64,000 bases of DNA from Trueperaceae bacterium (GTDB lineage Bacteria > Deinococcota > Deinococci > Deinococcales > Trueperaceae), in contig JAXHLW010000013.1 of assembly GCA_034521815.1 (NCBI GenBank), positions 704,001-768,000 on the forward strand. The letters run 5' to 3'. The notes under the pieces are model-generated. The model saw only the letters and a list, made by a program, of their open reading frames with translations, was not told the DNA's origin and ran no database searches. This document shows, piece by piece, positions 9,521 to 19,316 of the stretch. Within the stretch, counting starts at the first letter, position 1; every line of letters starts with the position of its first letter. Made by a program: the position numbers and the translations under genes.

Positions 9521-11010
9521 GCCGCCGCGGGCCGGCGCCTTCGAGCGCGCCGAGCGAGGCCGTCGACGCCCTGGTGCTCGGAGCGGGCTTCGCCGGGCTG
9601 GCAGCGGCGATCGAGCTGGCCCTGACCGGGGCCGAGGTGACCGTCGTCGAGAGGATGGGCGCGCCCGGAGGCAAGGCCGGCGAGGTCCGCAGCGCCGGCT
9701 ACCGGTTCGATACCGGGCCCAGCGTGGTGACGCTGCCCGAGGTGATCGCCGCGCCGTTCCGCGACGCCGGCCGCGCCGTCCCGCTGAAGCTGCGTCCCCT
9801 CGACCCGCCGGCCCGTTATCGCTTCGCCTCCGGCCGTGTGCTGGACGTGCGCAGAGACGTCGAGGCCACGACGGCCCAGCTGTCCGCGTCCGAGGCCCGC
9901 GCCTACCGGACGTTGCTGGACGAGGCCCGGGCGATGTACGAGGCGGCCGCGCCGACGTTCGTGCACGGGCCGCACCCGGGACCCGCGCGGCTGCTGCGCT
10001 ACGGATTGCGGCACGGGCTGCGAGCCAAGCCGTGGGCCAAGCTGCCGGACCTCCTGGCGCGGCACGGAGCCCACGGCGAGCTTCGCGACCTGTTCCTGCG
10101 GTTCGCGACCTACTTCGGCGCCGATCCGTTCCAGGCGCCCGCGGTGCTCCACAACATCGCCTGGGTCGAGCTGGGCCTCGGCGTCGTCGCCCCGGAAGGA
10201 GGCGTCGCCGGCCTGGTGCGAGCGTACGAGACGCTGGCGCGTCAGCTGGGCGTACGGTTCGTGTACGGCGCGACCGTGACCGAGCTGCGACCTCGCGCCA
10301 GCGCCGCGCCCGAGGTCCGCGTCCAGCGAGACGGCCGCGCCGCGGCGTACCGACCGACCAGGCTGGTCTCGACCCTCGACCGTGACCGCACGCTTCGCTT
10401 GCTGGGCCGGCGAGCGCCAGGCGCCCGGGTCACGCCCAGCCTGTCGGGACTGGTGCTGCTGATGGCGGTCGAGGGGAGGCACCAGGACGTTCTCCACCAC
10501 ACCCTGTCGATGCCGGCGGACTACGCCGCGGAGTTCCAGGCGATCCGCCACGGCCGTGCGCCTGCGGACCCCGCTCTGTACCTGTCGCTGTCGTGCCGCT
10601 CGGAGCCGGAGGACGCGCCGCCCGGTGCGGAGAACTGGTTCGTGATGGCGAACGCTCCTGCCCTGGACGGCGACGGCGCGGGGATCGACGAGGAGGCGTA
10701 CGCCAGGCGCGTGGAGGCGCTGCTCGTCCGGCGGGGCTGGCTTCGCGAGGGCGAGGGCCGGACGCTGGCGGTGCTGGGGCCCCGCCACCTGGCCGAGCTC
10801 GCCAGCCGCGGCGCGATCTACGGGGCCGCACCCCACTCGCTGGCGGCGACCCTCAGGCCGCCGCAGCGCCTTCGAGGCGTGCGCGACACGGTGCTGGCGG
10901 GCGGTACCGTTCATCCAGGCGGTGGGATTCCGCTGGCCGTGCTGTCCGGACGGCGGGCGGCGCGGACCGTCGCCCGCCGTCGCGGTCGGCATGCGACGGG
11001 CGCAGGCTGA
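9517..11010 (+). CDS. crtD: CrtI-family desaturase, likely carotenoid 3',4'-desaturase
   Basis: Motifs GAGFAGLAAA, GYRFDTGPSV, RFATYFGADPFQAPA, GGTVHPGGGIPLAVLSG. ATGA overlap with cruC. Confidence 0.75.
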   Translation: MSRRGPAPSSAPSEAVDALVLGAGFAGLAAAIELALTGAEVTVVERMGAPGGKAGEVRSAGYRFDTGPSVVTLPEVIAAPFRDAGRAVPLKLRPLDPPARYRFASGRVLDVRRDVEATTAQLSASEARAYRTLLDEARAMYEAAAPTFVHGPHPGPARLLRYGLRHGLRAKPWAKLPDLLARHGAHGELRDLFLRFATYFGADPFQAPAVLHNIAWVELGLGVVAPEGGVAGLVRAYETLARQLGVRFVYGATVTELRPRASAAPEVRVQRDGRAAAYRPTRLVSTLDRDRTLRLLGRRAPGARVTPSLSGLVLLMAVEGRHQDVLHHTLSMPADYAAEFQAIRHGRAPADPALYLSLSCRSEPEDAPPGAENWFVMANAPALDGDGAGIDEEAYARRVEALLVRRGWLREGEGRTLAVLGPRHLAELASRGAIYGAAPHSLAATLRPPQRLRGVRDTVLAGGTVHPGGGIPLAVLSGRRAARTVARRRGRHATGAG

Positions 11011-11028
11011 GCGGCCGCCGGTCCAGCG

Positions 11029-12126
11029 CTACGCCCTCGCCGCGTAGCCCTCGGGCCCGCCGGCCTGGGCCGTCGTGGACTCCAGCATGATCGTCTGGGT
11101 GGGGAAGGCGAACTCGATTCCGCGCTCCGCGAACGCGTCGACCAGCGCCAGGTTGATCTCCTGCTGGACGTCCATGTACAGGTTGTAGGTCGGATCGAGC
11201 ATCCAGTACACGACCTCGAAGTCCAGCGAGAACTGTCCGAACGCCTTGAAGTGCGCCCGATCGAAGCGGACCGGCGACCTGGCCTCCACGATCTCGCGAA
11301 TCACCTCGGGGATCTCTCGCAGTCGATCCGGCGGCGTTCCGTACACCACGCCCAAGGTGAACAGGACGCGCCGCTCGGCCATCCGCTTGTAGTTGCGGAT
11401 CCGACTCTGGATCAGGTCGTTGTTGGAGAACACCAGCTGCTCGCCCCCCAGGCTGCGCACGCGGGTGGTGCGAAGCCCGACGTTCTCGACCGTGCCCACG
11501 AGGTCGTCGACGATGATGAAATCGCCGATCTCGAACGGTTTGTCCAGCACGATCGACAGCGACGCGAACAGGTCGCCCAGGATGTTCTGCAGCGCCAAGC
11601 CGATCGCGACCGAGGCGATCCCGATCCCGGCCAGGAGCGCCGTGATGTCGATGCCGAGGTTGTCCAGCGCCAGGATCAGCAACAGCGAGAACAGCGCCAG
11701 GCGGCCGAGGAAGGTCAGCGCGGACAGCGTGGTCTTGCGACTGCCGTCCATGCCGTCCTGCCGGCGGTAGTGCTCGGTCGCGACCTGGATCGCCCGGTTG
11801 CCCCACAGGGCGGCCTGCAGGATGAGCACGATCGTGATGAGCGTGTCGAGCGTTCCCGAGAGGTCGCCCGGCAGCGCCAACGCTCGCGAACCGACCCACA
11901 GGCCGATCAGGAGCATCAACGGCGCGCGCACGCTGGCGATCACGTCGGAGAGGATGTCGTCGAAGACGTTCTTCGTCAGGTCCGCCATCTTCCGAAGGCG
12001 CCGCCGAGCGAGACCGCGAAGGGTTCGCAGCACGACCATCGTGACCACGACCAGAACCAGCGCCAGAAGCCAGCGAAGCAGATTGTTGCCGTACAAGGTC
12101 GCTTCGGTCAGGAGGGTCCAATCCAT
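11029..12126 (-). CDS. MscS-family mechanosensitive channel
   Basis: Motif ALQNILGDLFASLSIVLDKPFEIGDFI...GTVENVGLRTTRVRSLGGE and C-terminal IEFAFPTQT. ATG 12126 is 7 nt after TAGCAT. Confidence 0.92.
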   Translation of the reverse strand: MDWTLLTEATLYGNNLLRWLLALVLVVVTMVVLRTLRGLARRRLRKMADLTKNVFDDILSDVIASVRAPLMLLIGLWVGSRALALPGDLSGTLDTLITIVLILQAALWGNRAIQVATEHYRRQDGMDGSRKTTLSALTFLGRLALFSLLLILALDNLGIDITALLAGIGIASVAIGLALQNILGDLFASLSIVLDKPFEIGDFIIVDDLVGTVENVGLRTTRVRSLGGEQLVFSNNDLIQSRIRNYKRMAERRVLFTLGVVYGTPPDRLREIPEVIREIVEARSPVRFDRAHFKAFGQFSLDFEVVYWMLDPTYNLYMDVQQEINLALVDAFAERGIEFAFPTQTIMLESTTAQAGGPEGYAARA

Positions 12127-12205
12127 GGGGCGCATGCTACATGAGACCGCCGCGATGGCGCCCGAGGACCCTGAGACAGGGACGCATCGGCGCTATCCTC
12201 CGGGC

Positions 12206-12778
12206 ATGAAGATCTATACCCGGACCGGCGACGCCGGCGACACCGGCCTCTTCGGCGGCGAGCGCGTCTCCAAGACCTCGGCGCGTGTCGGCGCCTACGG
12301 AAGCGTCGACGAGGCGAACGCGCATCTCGGCATGGCGCGCGCGACGCTGCACGATGCCGAGATCGACGAGCTCCTGGGCACGCTCCAGAGCGACCTGTTC
12401 GACGTCGGCGCCGATCTCGCGACGAAGGCGGGCGTGCCGGCACGGGAGCGCATCCATCCGTCGAGCGCATCGGACGTCGCCCGGATCGAGGCCTGGATCG
12501 ACCGGCTCGAGGGCGAGCTCGCACCGCTACGGAGCTTCATTCTGCCGGGTGGCCACCCGGCCGCCGCGACGCTGCATGTCGCCCGGACCGTGGTGCGACG
12601 CGCCGAGCGCGACGCCGTGGCCTTGGCGGAGGCCGAGGAGGCGAACCCTCACGCGGTCGTCTACCTCAACCGGCTCTCCGATCTGCTCTTCGTGCTGGCG
12701 CGCGTGGTGAACGCCCGTCACGGCGTCGACGAGGCGACCTGGTCCGCTGGGGCGCGCGCCGACGCGAGCGACACCTGA
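12206..12778 (+). CDS. PduO-type cob(I)alamin adenosyltransferase
   Basis: Motifs MKIYTRTGDAGDTGL, AYGSVDEAN, FILPGG, RTVVRRAER, YLNRLSDLLFVLAR. Confidence 0.92.
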   Translation: MKIYTRTGDAGDTGLFGGERVSKTSARVGAYGSVDEANAHLGMARATLHDAEIDELLGTLQSDLFDVGADLATKAGVPARERIHPSSASDVARIEAWIDRLEGELAPLRSFILPGGHPAAATLHVARTVVRRAERDAVALAEAEEANPHAVVYLNRLSDLLFVLARVVNARHGVDEATWSAGARADASDT

Positions 12779-12785
12779 GGGCGAT

Positions 12786-12830
12786 CACCCGGCCGGCGGC
12801 CACCCGGCCGGCGGCCACCTGACCGCCGCC
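12786..12830. repeat. 15-bp tandem repeat (CACCCGGCCGGCGGC x2 plus one degenerate copy) between convergent genes
   Basis: Read directly from the sequence. Confidence 0.8.
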
Positions 12831-12857
12831 CCCTGCCGCCGCCCCCCGGGAGGCGGC

Positions 12858-13928
12858 CTAGACCGTGTCTCGGGGGTCGGCGCGCAGCTCCCCGACGTGG
12901 CTCAGGCCGCGCCGATCGAGCTCGGCGACGATGCCGTCCGCGATCCGTCGCGGCAAGCTTGGACCTTCGTAGATCAGCCCGGTGTAGACCTGCAGCAGGT
13001 CCGCACCGGCCTCCAGGCGACGGATGGCCTCGGCAGCGCCGTCGATGCCGCCCACCGACACGATCGGCAGCGACGTCGAGCGGCGCAGGACGCGAAGGAC
13101 CTGCATGGCCCGCAGCGCCAGCGGGGGGCCCGACAGCCCTCCGGGCGCGCCCGGATCGAGCTTCAGACCGGCCCGACCGACCGTCGTGTTCGTCGCCACG
13201 ATGCCGTCCACCTTCGTCGCCTCGCACAGGGCGGCCAAGCGCCCTAGCGCGCGGTCGCTCAGATCGGGCGCCAGCTTGACGAGCACCGGCGTGCCCGCGG
13301 CCGCCTCACGGACGGCGCGAAGCAACGCCTCGAACGGCTCCTCGTCCTGAAGGTCGCGAAGCCCCGGCGTGTTCGGGGACGAGACGTTGATCGCGATCGC
13401 GTCCGCGTAGGGCAGAAGCGTGCGAATCGACGTCAGGTAGTCGTCGGTGGCGTGCTCCAGCGACACCGCGCGGCTCTTGCCCACGTTCACGACCACCGGC
13501 ACGTCGGGCCAGGCGTCCAAGCGACGCCACGCCTCCAGCCGCGACGCGAGCGCGTCCGCCCCGATGCTGGGGAACCCCATCGCGTTCACGATCGCCCGAT
13601 CCGCCCGGAGCCGCACGGCCCGCGGACGCGGGTTGCCCGGCTGGGCGCGGGCGGTCACGGTGCCGATCTCGACGTGGCCGAAGCCCAGCGCGGACCAGAA
13701 CGGCAGCGCGTCGGCGTCCTTGTCCAGCCCTGCCGCCAGGCCCAGCGGCGAGGGGAAGCTCAGGCCGAACGCCTCGACCCGAAGCCTAGGGTCGTCGCGG
13801 CGGGCGCGACGCGCGAGCAGGCGGCGGGCGGACGCGCTACGCGCCACGACCGAGGCCGCCCGCATCGCGAGCCAGTGGGCGGTCTCGGGCTCCAACAGGA
13901 ACAGCGCGGGGCGCAGCGAGCGGTACAC
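12858..13928 (-). CDS. pyrD: Quinone-dependent dihydroorotate dehydrogenase (class 2)
   Basis: Motifs LGLAAGLDK, EIGTVTARAQPGNPRPR, INVSSPNTPGLRDLQ, VKLAPDL, GGLSG. GTG 13928 is 7 nt after TAGCAT. Confidence 0.93.
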   Translation of the reverse strand: MYRSLRPALFLLEPETAHWLAMRAASVVARSASARRLLARRARRDDPRLRVEAFGLSFPSPLGLAAGLDKDADALPFWSALGFGHVEIGTVTARAQPGNPRPRAVRLRADRAIVNAMGFPSIGADALASRLEAWRRLDAWPDVPVVVNVGKSRAVSLEHATDDYLTSIRTLLPYADAIAINVSSPNTPGLRDLQDEEPFEALLRAVREAAAGTPVLVKLAPDLSDRALGRLAALCEATKVDGIVATNTTVGRAGLKLDPGAPGGLSGPPLALRAMQVLRVLRRSTSLPIVSVGGIDGAAEAIRRLEAGADLLQVYTGLIYEGPSLPRRIADGIVAELDRRGLSHVGELRADPRDTV

Positions 13929-13982
13929 GCCGCCCATGCTATCCCGCGCCCCGTCCGCCCGGACGGCCCCGACGCGCGCTCT

Positions 13983-14020
13983 TCACTGTTCACACGTCAC
14001 GCGTCACGCGTCACGCGTCA
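13983..14020 (-). repeat. 7-bp period array of six TGA codons beginning at the SDR stop
   Basis: + strand TCA at 13983, 13990, 13997, 14004, 14011 and 14018; core unit TCACGCG. Confidence 0.85.
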
Positions 14021-14737
14021 GCGCGCGGACGGCGGTCGGCTGGGCCGCACCTCGATCTTCGACGGCAGCGTACGCGCCGGCATGCGGACGAGCTCCATCA
14101 CCAGCGAGCCCACGTCCTCCGGCTGGATCTTCCAAGCGTCGGCGTCGCCCGGCTCGTGCCCGCCGAAGTGCGTCGCGACCGAGCCGGGCATGATCGTGGA
14201 GACCCGCACGCCCTTGCGGCGAAGGTCCAGCATGACGGCCTGCGAGAACCCGGCGAGCCCGAACTTGCTGGCGTTGTACGCCGCGCCGCCCTCGAAGAAG
14301 TTCGTGCCCGCCAGCGAGCCGATCGTCACGACGAGACCTTCGGCCGCCTCGAGCGGCTCGAGCGCGGCCTTGATCGAGTAGAAGACGCCGGTGAGGTTCG
14401 TGTCGAGCACCCGGTGCCAGGCGTCCGGCTCGAGATCCACGATGCTCGCGAAGTGCCCGACGCCCGCGTTCGCGATCAGCACGTCCAGACGGCCGAACGC
14501 CTGCATCGCCTCCGCGACCGCAGCGCGCTGCTGCCCCAAGTCGCGCACGTCGCACGGAATGCCGAGGGCCCGGCCGCCGCCGCGTGCGGTCAGCTCGGCC
14601 TCGGCCCGTTCGACGTCGTCCTTGGTCCGAGCCGTGATGACGACGTCCATCCCGGCGTCCACCATCGCCTCGGCGATGCCGAGCCCGATGCCCTTGCTGC
14701 CTCCGGTGACCAGTGCGGTTCGTCCTTGAGGGTCCAT
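14018..14737 (-). CDS. Short-chain dehydrogenase/reductase
   Basis: Motifs TGGSKGIG, ANAG, YNASK (YxxxK). Confidence 0.92.
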   Translation of the reverse strand: MDPQGRTALVTGGSKGIGLGIAEAMVDAGMDVVITARTKDDVERAEAELTARGGGRALGIPCDVRDLGQQRAAVAEAMQAFGRLDVLIANAGVGHFASIVDLEPDAWHRVLDTNLTGVFYSIKAALEPLEAAEGLVVTIGSLAGTNFFEGGAAYNASKFGLAGFSQAVMLDLRRKGVRVSTIMPGSVATHFGGHEPGDADAWKIQPEDVGSLVMELVRMPARTLPSKIEVRPSRPPSAR

Positions 14738-14809
14738 GTCGGGACGCTAGCATGCGACCGCCCGCCTGGACGGGTCGGATGCCGAGAGCCAGCGTGGTAG
14801 CCTCCCGGC

Positions 14810-15433
14810 GTGCGACGCGCGCTGACCTTGATCCGTCACGGCCTGACCGACTGGAACGTCGAGGGCAGGTTCCAAGGTCAGACCGATCGGCCCCTGTCCG
14901 AGGAGGGGCGACGGCAGGCGCGCAGGCTGTCGCGTCGCACCGCCCGTTTCGGCCACGTCGACACCGTCGTGGCGAGCCCGCTCGTCAGGGCCGTCGAGAC
15001 GGCCAGGCTGGCGTTCCCGGGGCGCGAGCCGACGACCGATCCCCGCCTGATGGAGCTCCACTTCGGCGTGTTCGAGGGCCGTACCGCGGCCGAGAACGAA
15101 GCGCGGCCCGAGTGGCCCACCTGGGCCGCGGATCCCTACGGGCGCGTGCCGCCCGGCGGCGAGTCGTACGAACAGCTGCGCGACCGCGCCGTGGCGTGGT
15201 TCGAGGAGCTTCCACATGATCAGGGGCACGTGGTCGCGGTCACGCACAGCGGCACGATCCAGATGATCCTCGCGCACGTCCTCGGGATCGAGCGGCCCCG
15301 CTGGCGCAAACGCATCTACGTGCGGCACAGCAGCGTCAGCCGCATCGTGATGCAGGACGGCCACCTGGTCGTGGAGCGCGTGAACGACACGCGTCACCTG
15401 GACGAGAACGGCGCCGATCCGTTTTGGGAGTGA
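14810..15433 (+). CDS. Histidine phosphatase (phosphoglycerate mutase-like) family protein
   Basis: Motifs LIRHGLTDWN, ELHFGVFEG, PPGGES, VTHSG. Confidence 0.9.
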   Translation: MRRALTLIRHGLTDWNVEGRFQGQTDRPLSEEGRRQARRLSRRTARFGHVDTVVASPLVRAVETARLAFPGREPTTDPRLMELHFGVFEGRTAAENEARPEWPTWAADPYGRVPPGGESYEQLRDRAVAWFEELPHDQGHVVAVTHSGTIQMILAHVLGIERPRWRKRIYVRHSSVSRIVMQDGHLVVERVNDTRHLDENGADPFWE

Positions 15434-16179
15434 CCGCCGGAAGCCCCGCGCCCAAGCAACGCGTGGGCGCCACGCCGCCCGAGCCGGACGCCTTCGTCGT
15501 ACGTCAGCCCGGGTATCAGGGCGATCTGGCCGGCCTGGCGCGGGCGTTGCGGTCCGGCGCGCTGGCGCCGCGCGATCTCGATCTGCGCGCTCTGGTGGAC
15601 GACGTCCTGGTCTGGTTCGAGCGGGAGGCGGAGCGGGATCTGGACCTCGCCTCGACCGCGCTGCCGCAGGTGGCTCAGGTTCTCGAGCTCAAGCTGCGGC
15701 TGCTCCTGCCGAGGCCGCCCCGCGATTCCGACGACGACGAGGACCTGCCCACGACCGGCGACGAGACGCTCGCCGCGGTCGCGCTGCTCGAGGACCTCGA
15801 GTCCGCGATCGCCTTCCTGAGGCGTCGGCGGTTCGAGCGGTCGGTCGTGCTTCCCGCCCGGACGCCGCGCCCCGACCTGCCCAGGCCGACGCGTCCGGTC
15901 GCGACGACCGCGTCGCGGCTGGCCGCACTGGCCAAGAACCTGCGTCCCGGCGGGTACTTCGAGCTGGCGCACGATCGCCTCACGCTCGAGGATGCGGTGC
16001 GCAGGCTGCGCTCGGCGCTGGCGCGGGCGGCGCGTGGCACGCTGCGAAGCTTGACGCCCAGCCGGAGCTGGGCGGAGCGGACCGTGCTGTTCTCGGCGTT
16101 CCTGGAGCTGGTGCGGGAGGGCCGCGTCAGCGCTCGCCAGGACGAGGCGTACGGCGAGATCGAGATCGAGCGGCGCTGA
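15430..16179 (+). CDS. scpA: Segregation and condensation protein A (kleisin)
   Basis: Motifs YQGDL..L, LELKLRLLLPRP, C-terminal FSAFLELVREGRVSARQDEAYGEIEI. GTGA overlap with the upstream gene. Confidence 0.8.
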   Translation: MTAGSPAPKQRVGATPPEPDAFVVRQPGYQGDLAGLARALRSGALAPRDLDLRALVDDVLVWFEREAERDLDLASTALPQVAQVLELKLRLLLPRPPRDSDDDEDLPTTGDETLAAVALLEDLESAIAFLRRRRFERSVVLPARTPRPDLPRPTRPVATTASRLAALAKNLRPGGYFELAHDRLTLEDAVRRLRSALARAARGTLRSLTPSRSWAERTVLFSAFLELVREGRVSARQDEAYGEIEIERR

Positions 16180-16198
16180 CGCCGCGCGGCGCTCCGGC

Positions 16199-18007
16199 TC
16201 AGGCCGTGGCTCGCTGCTTCGCTTCGCGCTTGCGCAGGTTCGGCTCGAGCGTGCGCTTGCGAAGCCTGAGATGCTTCGGGGTCACCTCGAGCAGGTCGTC
16301 CTCGCCCAGGTACTCGAGCGCCTCTTCGAGCGTGGGCTTGCGTGCGGGGGTGAGCACGATGTTGTCGTCGCTGCCCGACGCCCGGACGTTCGTCAGCTTC
16401 TTGTTCTTCGTCACGTTCACGTCCATGTCGCCGCTCCGGGCGTTGGCGCCGATGATCATCCCGACGTACACCTCGGTGCCCGGATCGATGAAGAACGTGC
16501 CGCGATCCTGCAGCTTGAACAGCGAGTAGGCGAACGTCTCGCCCGGCTCCATCGCCACCAGCGAGCCGGTAGCGCGGGTGCGGATCTCTCCGGCGAGCGG
16601 CTCGTAGCCGTCGAACACGTGGCTGAGCAGGCCCTCACCGGCGGTCATCGACAGGAACGTGGTTCGGAAGCCGAACAGGCCGCGACTGGGCATCTGGAAC
16701 TCGGCACGGGCACGCGTCTCGCCCTGCTGCAGGTCGACGAGCTTGCCACGCCGCTGGTTCAGCGCCTCGATGATGCTGCCGAGCGTCTCGGATGGAACGT
16801 CGGCCACGACGCGCTCGACCGGCTCGAGCGTGACGCCGTCCTGCTCGCGGAGGATCACCTCGGGACGCGACACGCTGAACTCGTACCCCTCGCGGCGCAT
16901 CTGCTCGAGCAGGATCGACAGGTGCAGCTCGCCACGGCCGGAGACCCGGTAGCTCTCGCCACCGAGCGGCTCGACGCGCAGCGCGACGTTCGTGAGCAGC
17001 TCGCGCTCCAGCCGGTCGGCGATGTGGCGGCTGGTCAGGTAACGGCCGTCACGCCCCGCGAACGGGCTGGTGTTGGGGCTGAGGGTGATCGCGACGGTGG
17101 GCTCGTCGATCGCCGTGGTCGGCATCCGCTCGGGATGCTCGGGCGACGCGAGCGTCTCGCCGATCTGGACACCGTCCACGCCCGAGAGGACGACGATGTC
17201 GCCCGCCAGGGCCATCTCCGTCTCGACACGGCCGAGGCCGAGGTGGGTGTACACCTTCGTGACGCGCGACTTGAGCTCGCTGCCGTCGCGTGCGAGCCGC
17301 AGCAGGTCGTCGCCCGGACGCAGCCGTCCGCGGCGCAGGCGGCCGATCGCCAGCCGACCGACGTAGTCGTCGTAGTCCAGGTTCGCTACCTGGAGCAGGA
17401 CCGGTCCGTCGGGATCGTCGGTGGTGGCGGGAAAGTGGCTCAGGATCGTCTCGAACAGCGGGGCGAGGTCGCCCGCGGGTTCCTCGCCGTCGCGCCAGGC
17501 GCGGCCGTCGCGTGCGATGGCGTGGATGACGGGAAAGTCGAGCTGCGCGTCGCTCGCGCCGAGGTCGACCATCAGGTCGAAGGTGAGGTCGACGACCTCG
17601 TCGGGACGGGCGTCCGCGCGGTCGATCTTGTTCACGACCACGATCGGCCTCAGTCCCAGCGCCAGCGCCTTCTTCAGAACGAAGCGGGTCTGGGGCATCG
17701 GTCCTTCGGCCGCATCGACGAGCAGCAGCACGCCGTCGACCATCTGCAACGCGCGCTCGACCTCGCCACCGAAGTCGGCGTGGCCGGGCGTGTCGACGAT
17801 GTTGATCTTGTCGCCTCTCCAGGCGACGGCGGTGTTCTTGGCCAGGATGGTGATGCCTCGCTCGCGCTCGATAGCGCCGGAGTCCATCACGCGCTCGGCG
17901 ACTTCCTGGTTCTCGCGGAAGATGCCGGACTGGCGCAACATGCCGTCGACGAGGGTGGTCTTGCCATGGTCGACGTGCGCGACGATGGCGACGTTTCGGT
18001 AGCTCAT
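16199..18007 (-). CDS. typA: Translational GTPase TypA/BipA
   Basis: Motifs [61 protein letters not shown]. Confidence 0.97.
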   Translation of the reverse strand: MSYRNVAIVAHVDHGKTTLVDGMLRQSGIFRENQEVAERVMDSGAIERERGITILAKNTAVAWRGDKINIVDTPGHADFGGEVERALQMVDGVLLLVDAAEGPMPQTRFVLKKALALGLRPIVVVNKIDRADARPDEVVDLTFDLMVDLGASDAQLDFPVIHAIARDGRAWRDGEEPAGDLAPLFETILSHFPATTDDPDGPVLLQVANLDYDDYVGRLAIGRLRRGRLRPGDDLLRLARDGSELKSRVTKVYTHLGLGRVETEMALAGDIVVLSGVDGVQIGETLASPEHPERMPTTAIDEPTVAITLSPNTSPFAGRDGRYLTSRHIADRLERELLTNVALRVEPLGGESYRVSGRGELHLSILLEQMRREGYEFSVSRPEVILREQDGVTLEPVERVVADVPSETLGSIIEALNQRRGKLVDLQQGETRARAEFQMPSRGLFGFRTTFLSMTAGEGLLSHVFDGYEPLAGEIRTRATGSLVAMEPGETFAYSLFKLQDRGTFFIDPGTEVYVGMIIGANARSGDMDVNVTKNKKLTNVRASGSDDNIVLTPARKPTLEEALEYLGEDDLLEVTPKHLRLRKRTLEPNLRKREAKQRATA

Positions 18008-18110
18008 AGGGCTCGCTTCCCGGGCGCGGCGTTCGCGGCCCGAAGAGGGATCGTAGCACCTCGCACCCTCGCTGCGGTGACGCCAGCCGACGGCGCACGG
18101 TGCGTGCAAG

Positions 18111-18147
18111 CGTTCGCCCCGCCGGCATCGAGCCGGCGGGGCGAACG
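18111..18147 (-). terminator. Perfect 16-bp stem hairpin downstream of the fasciclin gene
   Basis: CGTTCGCCCCGCCGGC-ATCGA-GCCGGCGGGGCGAACG; only a weak U-tail. Confidence 0.6.
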
Positions 18148-18218
18148 AGCGGGCGGGGCGTCACGACACGCTAGACGCGTCGGACCGCTCGATCCGAGCG
18201 CTGGATCCGACCGCTGGG

Positions 18219-19043
18219 TCAGAGGCCGGGGGCGCCCGCTCCGACCTCGCCGCAGGCGACGAAGGTCGAGATCTCCTCGGGCGACAGGTGCACCATCACC
18301 AGGTGGTTGTCCGTGAGGATCGCTTCGATCGGGGCGTCGACCTCGGTGACCGACAACCCGGTCGAGCCGTCGACGGGATTCAGGGGGATCACGACGGAGC
18401 CGGGGGCGGTGCAGTCGCCTGCGTGGAAGTGCGCGGGGTGGACGCCGCCGGACGGCGTGCCCTGCAGCGACAACGTGACCAGGGTTCCGCCCATGAAGCG
18501 ATCGATCGTCACGGTTCCGGACACGCCCGAGTCGTTCAGCGAGCCGACGGGCAGGACCGTCGTGTCGGTGGCGGCGGCGGTGACGGACGGGGGCAGAAGC
18601 ACGGTGTCGATGACGTGGATCACGCCGTTCGAGGCCGGCACGTCGGTGGCCACGACGTTCGCGTCGTTCACGCGGACGCCGTCACCGTCGACGGTGACGG
18701 TCAGCGACTCGCCCTGGACGGTCTCGGCCGAGCGAAGGCCCACGACCTGATCCGAGCCGACCTCGCCGGCGACGACGTGGTAGGTGAGGATGGCGGTGAG
18801 CAGCTCGGTGTCGGCCAGAATCGCGTCGAGGGTGTCGGCGGGGATCTTGGCGAAGGCGGCGTCGGTCGGCGCGAACACCGTGAACGGTCCGTCGCTGGAC
18901 AGCACGCCGGCGAGGTCGGCCGCCTGGACGGCGGTCACGAGGGTGCCGAAGTCTCCGGCGTCAGCAGCCACGTCGACGATGGTCTGTGCGGATACCAGCG
19001 GGACGAGGGCGATGATCAGGGTTGCGAGTGAACGCTTGAACAT
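18219..19043 (-). CDS. Secreted fasciclin (FAS1) domain protein with a C-terminal Cu/Zn-SOD-like or CHRD-like domain
   Basis: Signal peptide; FAS1 motifs [33 protein letters not shown]-terminal [10 protein letters not shown]...VMVH...VACGEV. SD AAGGAG. Confidence 0.85.
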   Translation of the reverse strand: MFKRSLATLIIALVPLVSAQTIVDVAADAGDFGTLVTAVQAADLAGVLSSDGPFTVFAPTDAAFAKIPADTLDAILADTELLTAILTYHVVAGEVGSDQVVGLRSAETVQGESLTVTVDGDGVRVNDANVVATDVPASNGVIHVIDTVLLPPSVTAAATDTTVLPVGSLNDSGVSGTVTIDRFMGGTLVTLSLQGTPSGGVHPAHFHAGDCTAPGSVVIPLNPVDGSTGLSVTEVDAPIEAILTDNHLVMVHLSPEEISTFVACGEVGAGAPGL

Positions 19044-19316
19044 GTGGGTCTCCTTGGAAGTGCGCCGCAGTTCTGCGGCGACGTCGCGCTCGCGTCGAAA
19101 TTACGAGCGATACATGAAGGTAGGCCCTGAAGGGTTGAACGAACCGTCGTCGAGATCACGTTCGACAGCTGGGTACCGGTTCGACGTCTGGACGACGGAC
19201 GGCGGGCCCAGCGAGCCGGTACGGTCCCCCAGGCAGAGCTCCCGGACCGAGTCGCGGCCGCAGCGTATGACCGGCCGCACGCAGATGATGCAGTCGACCA
19301 GATGGAGAGGACACCG

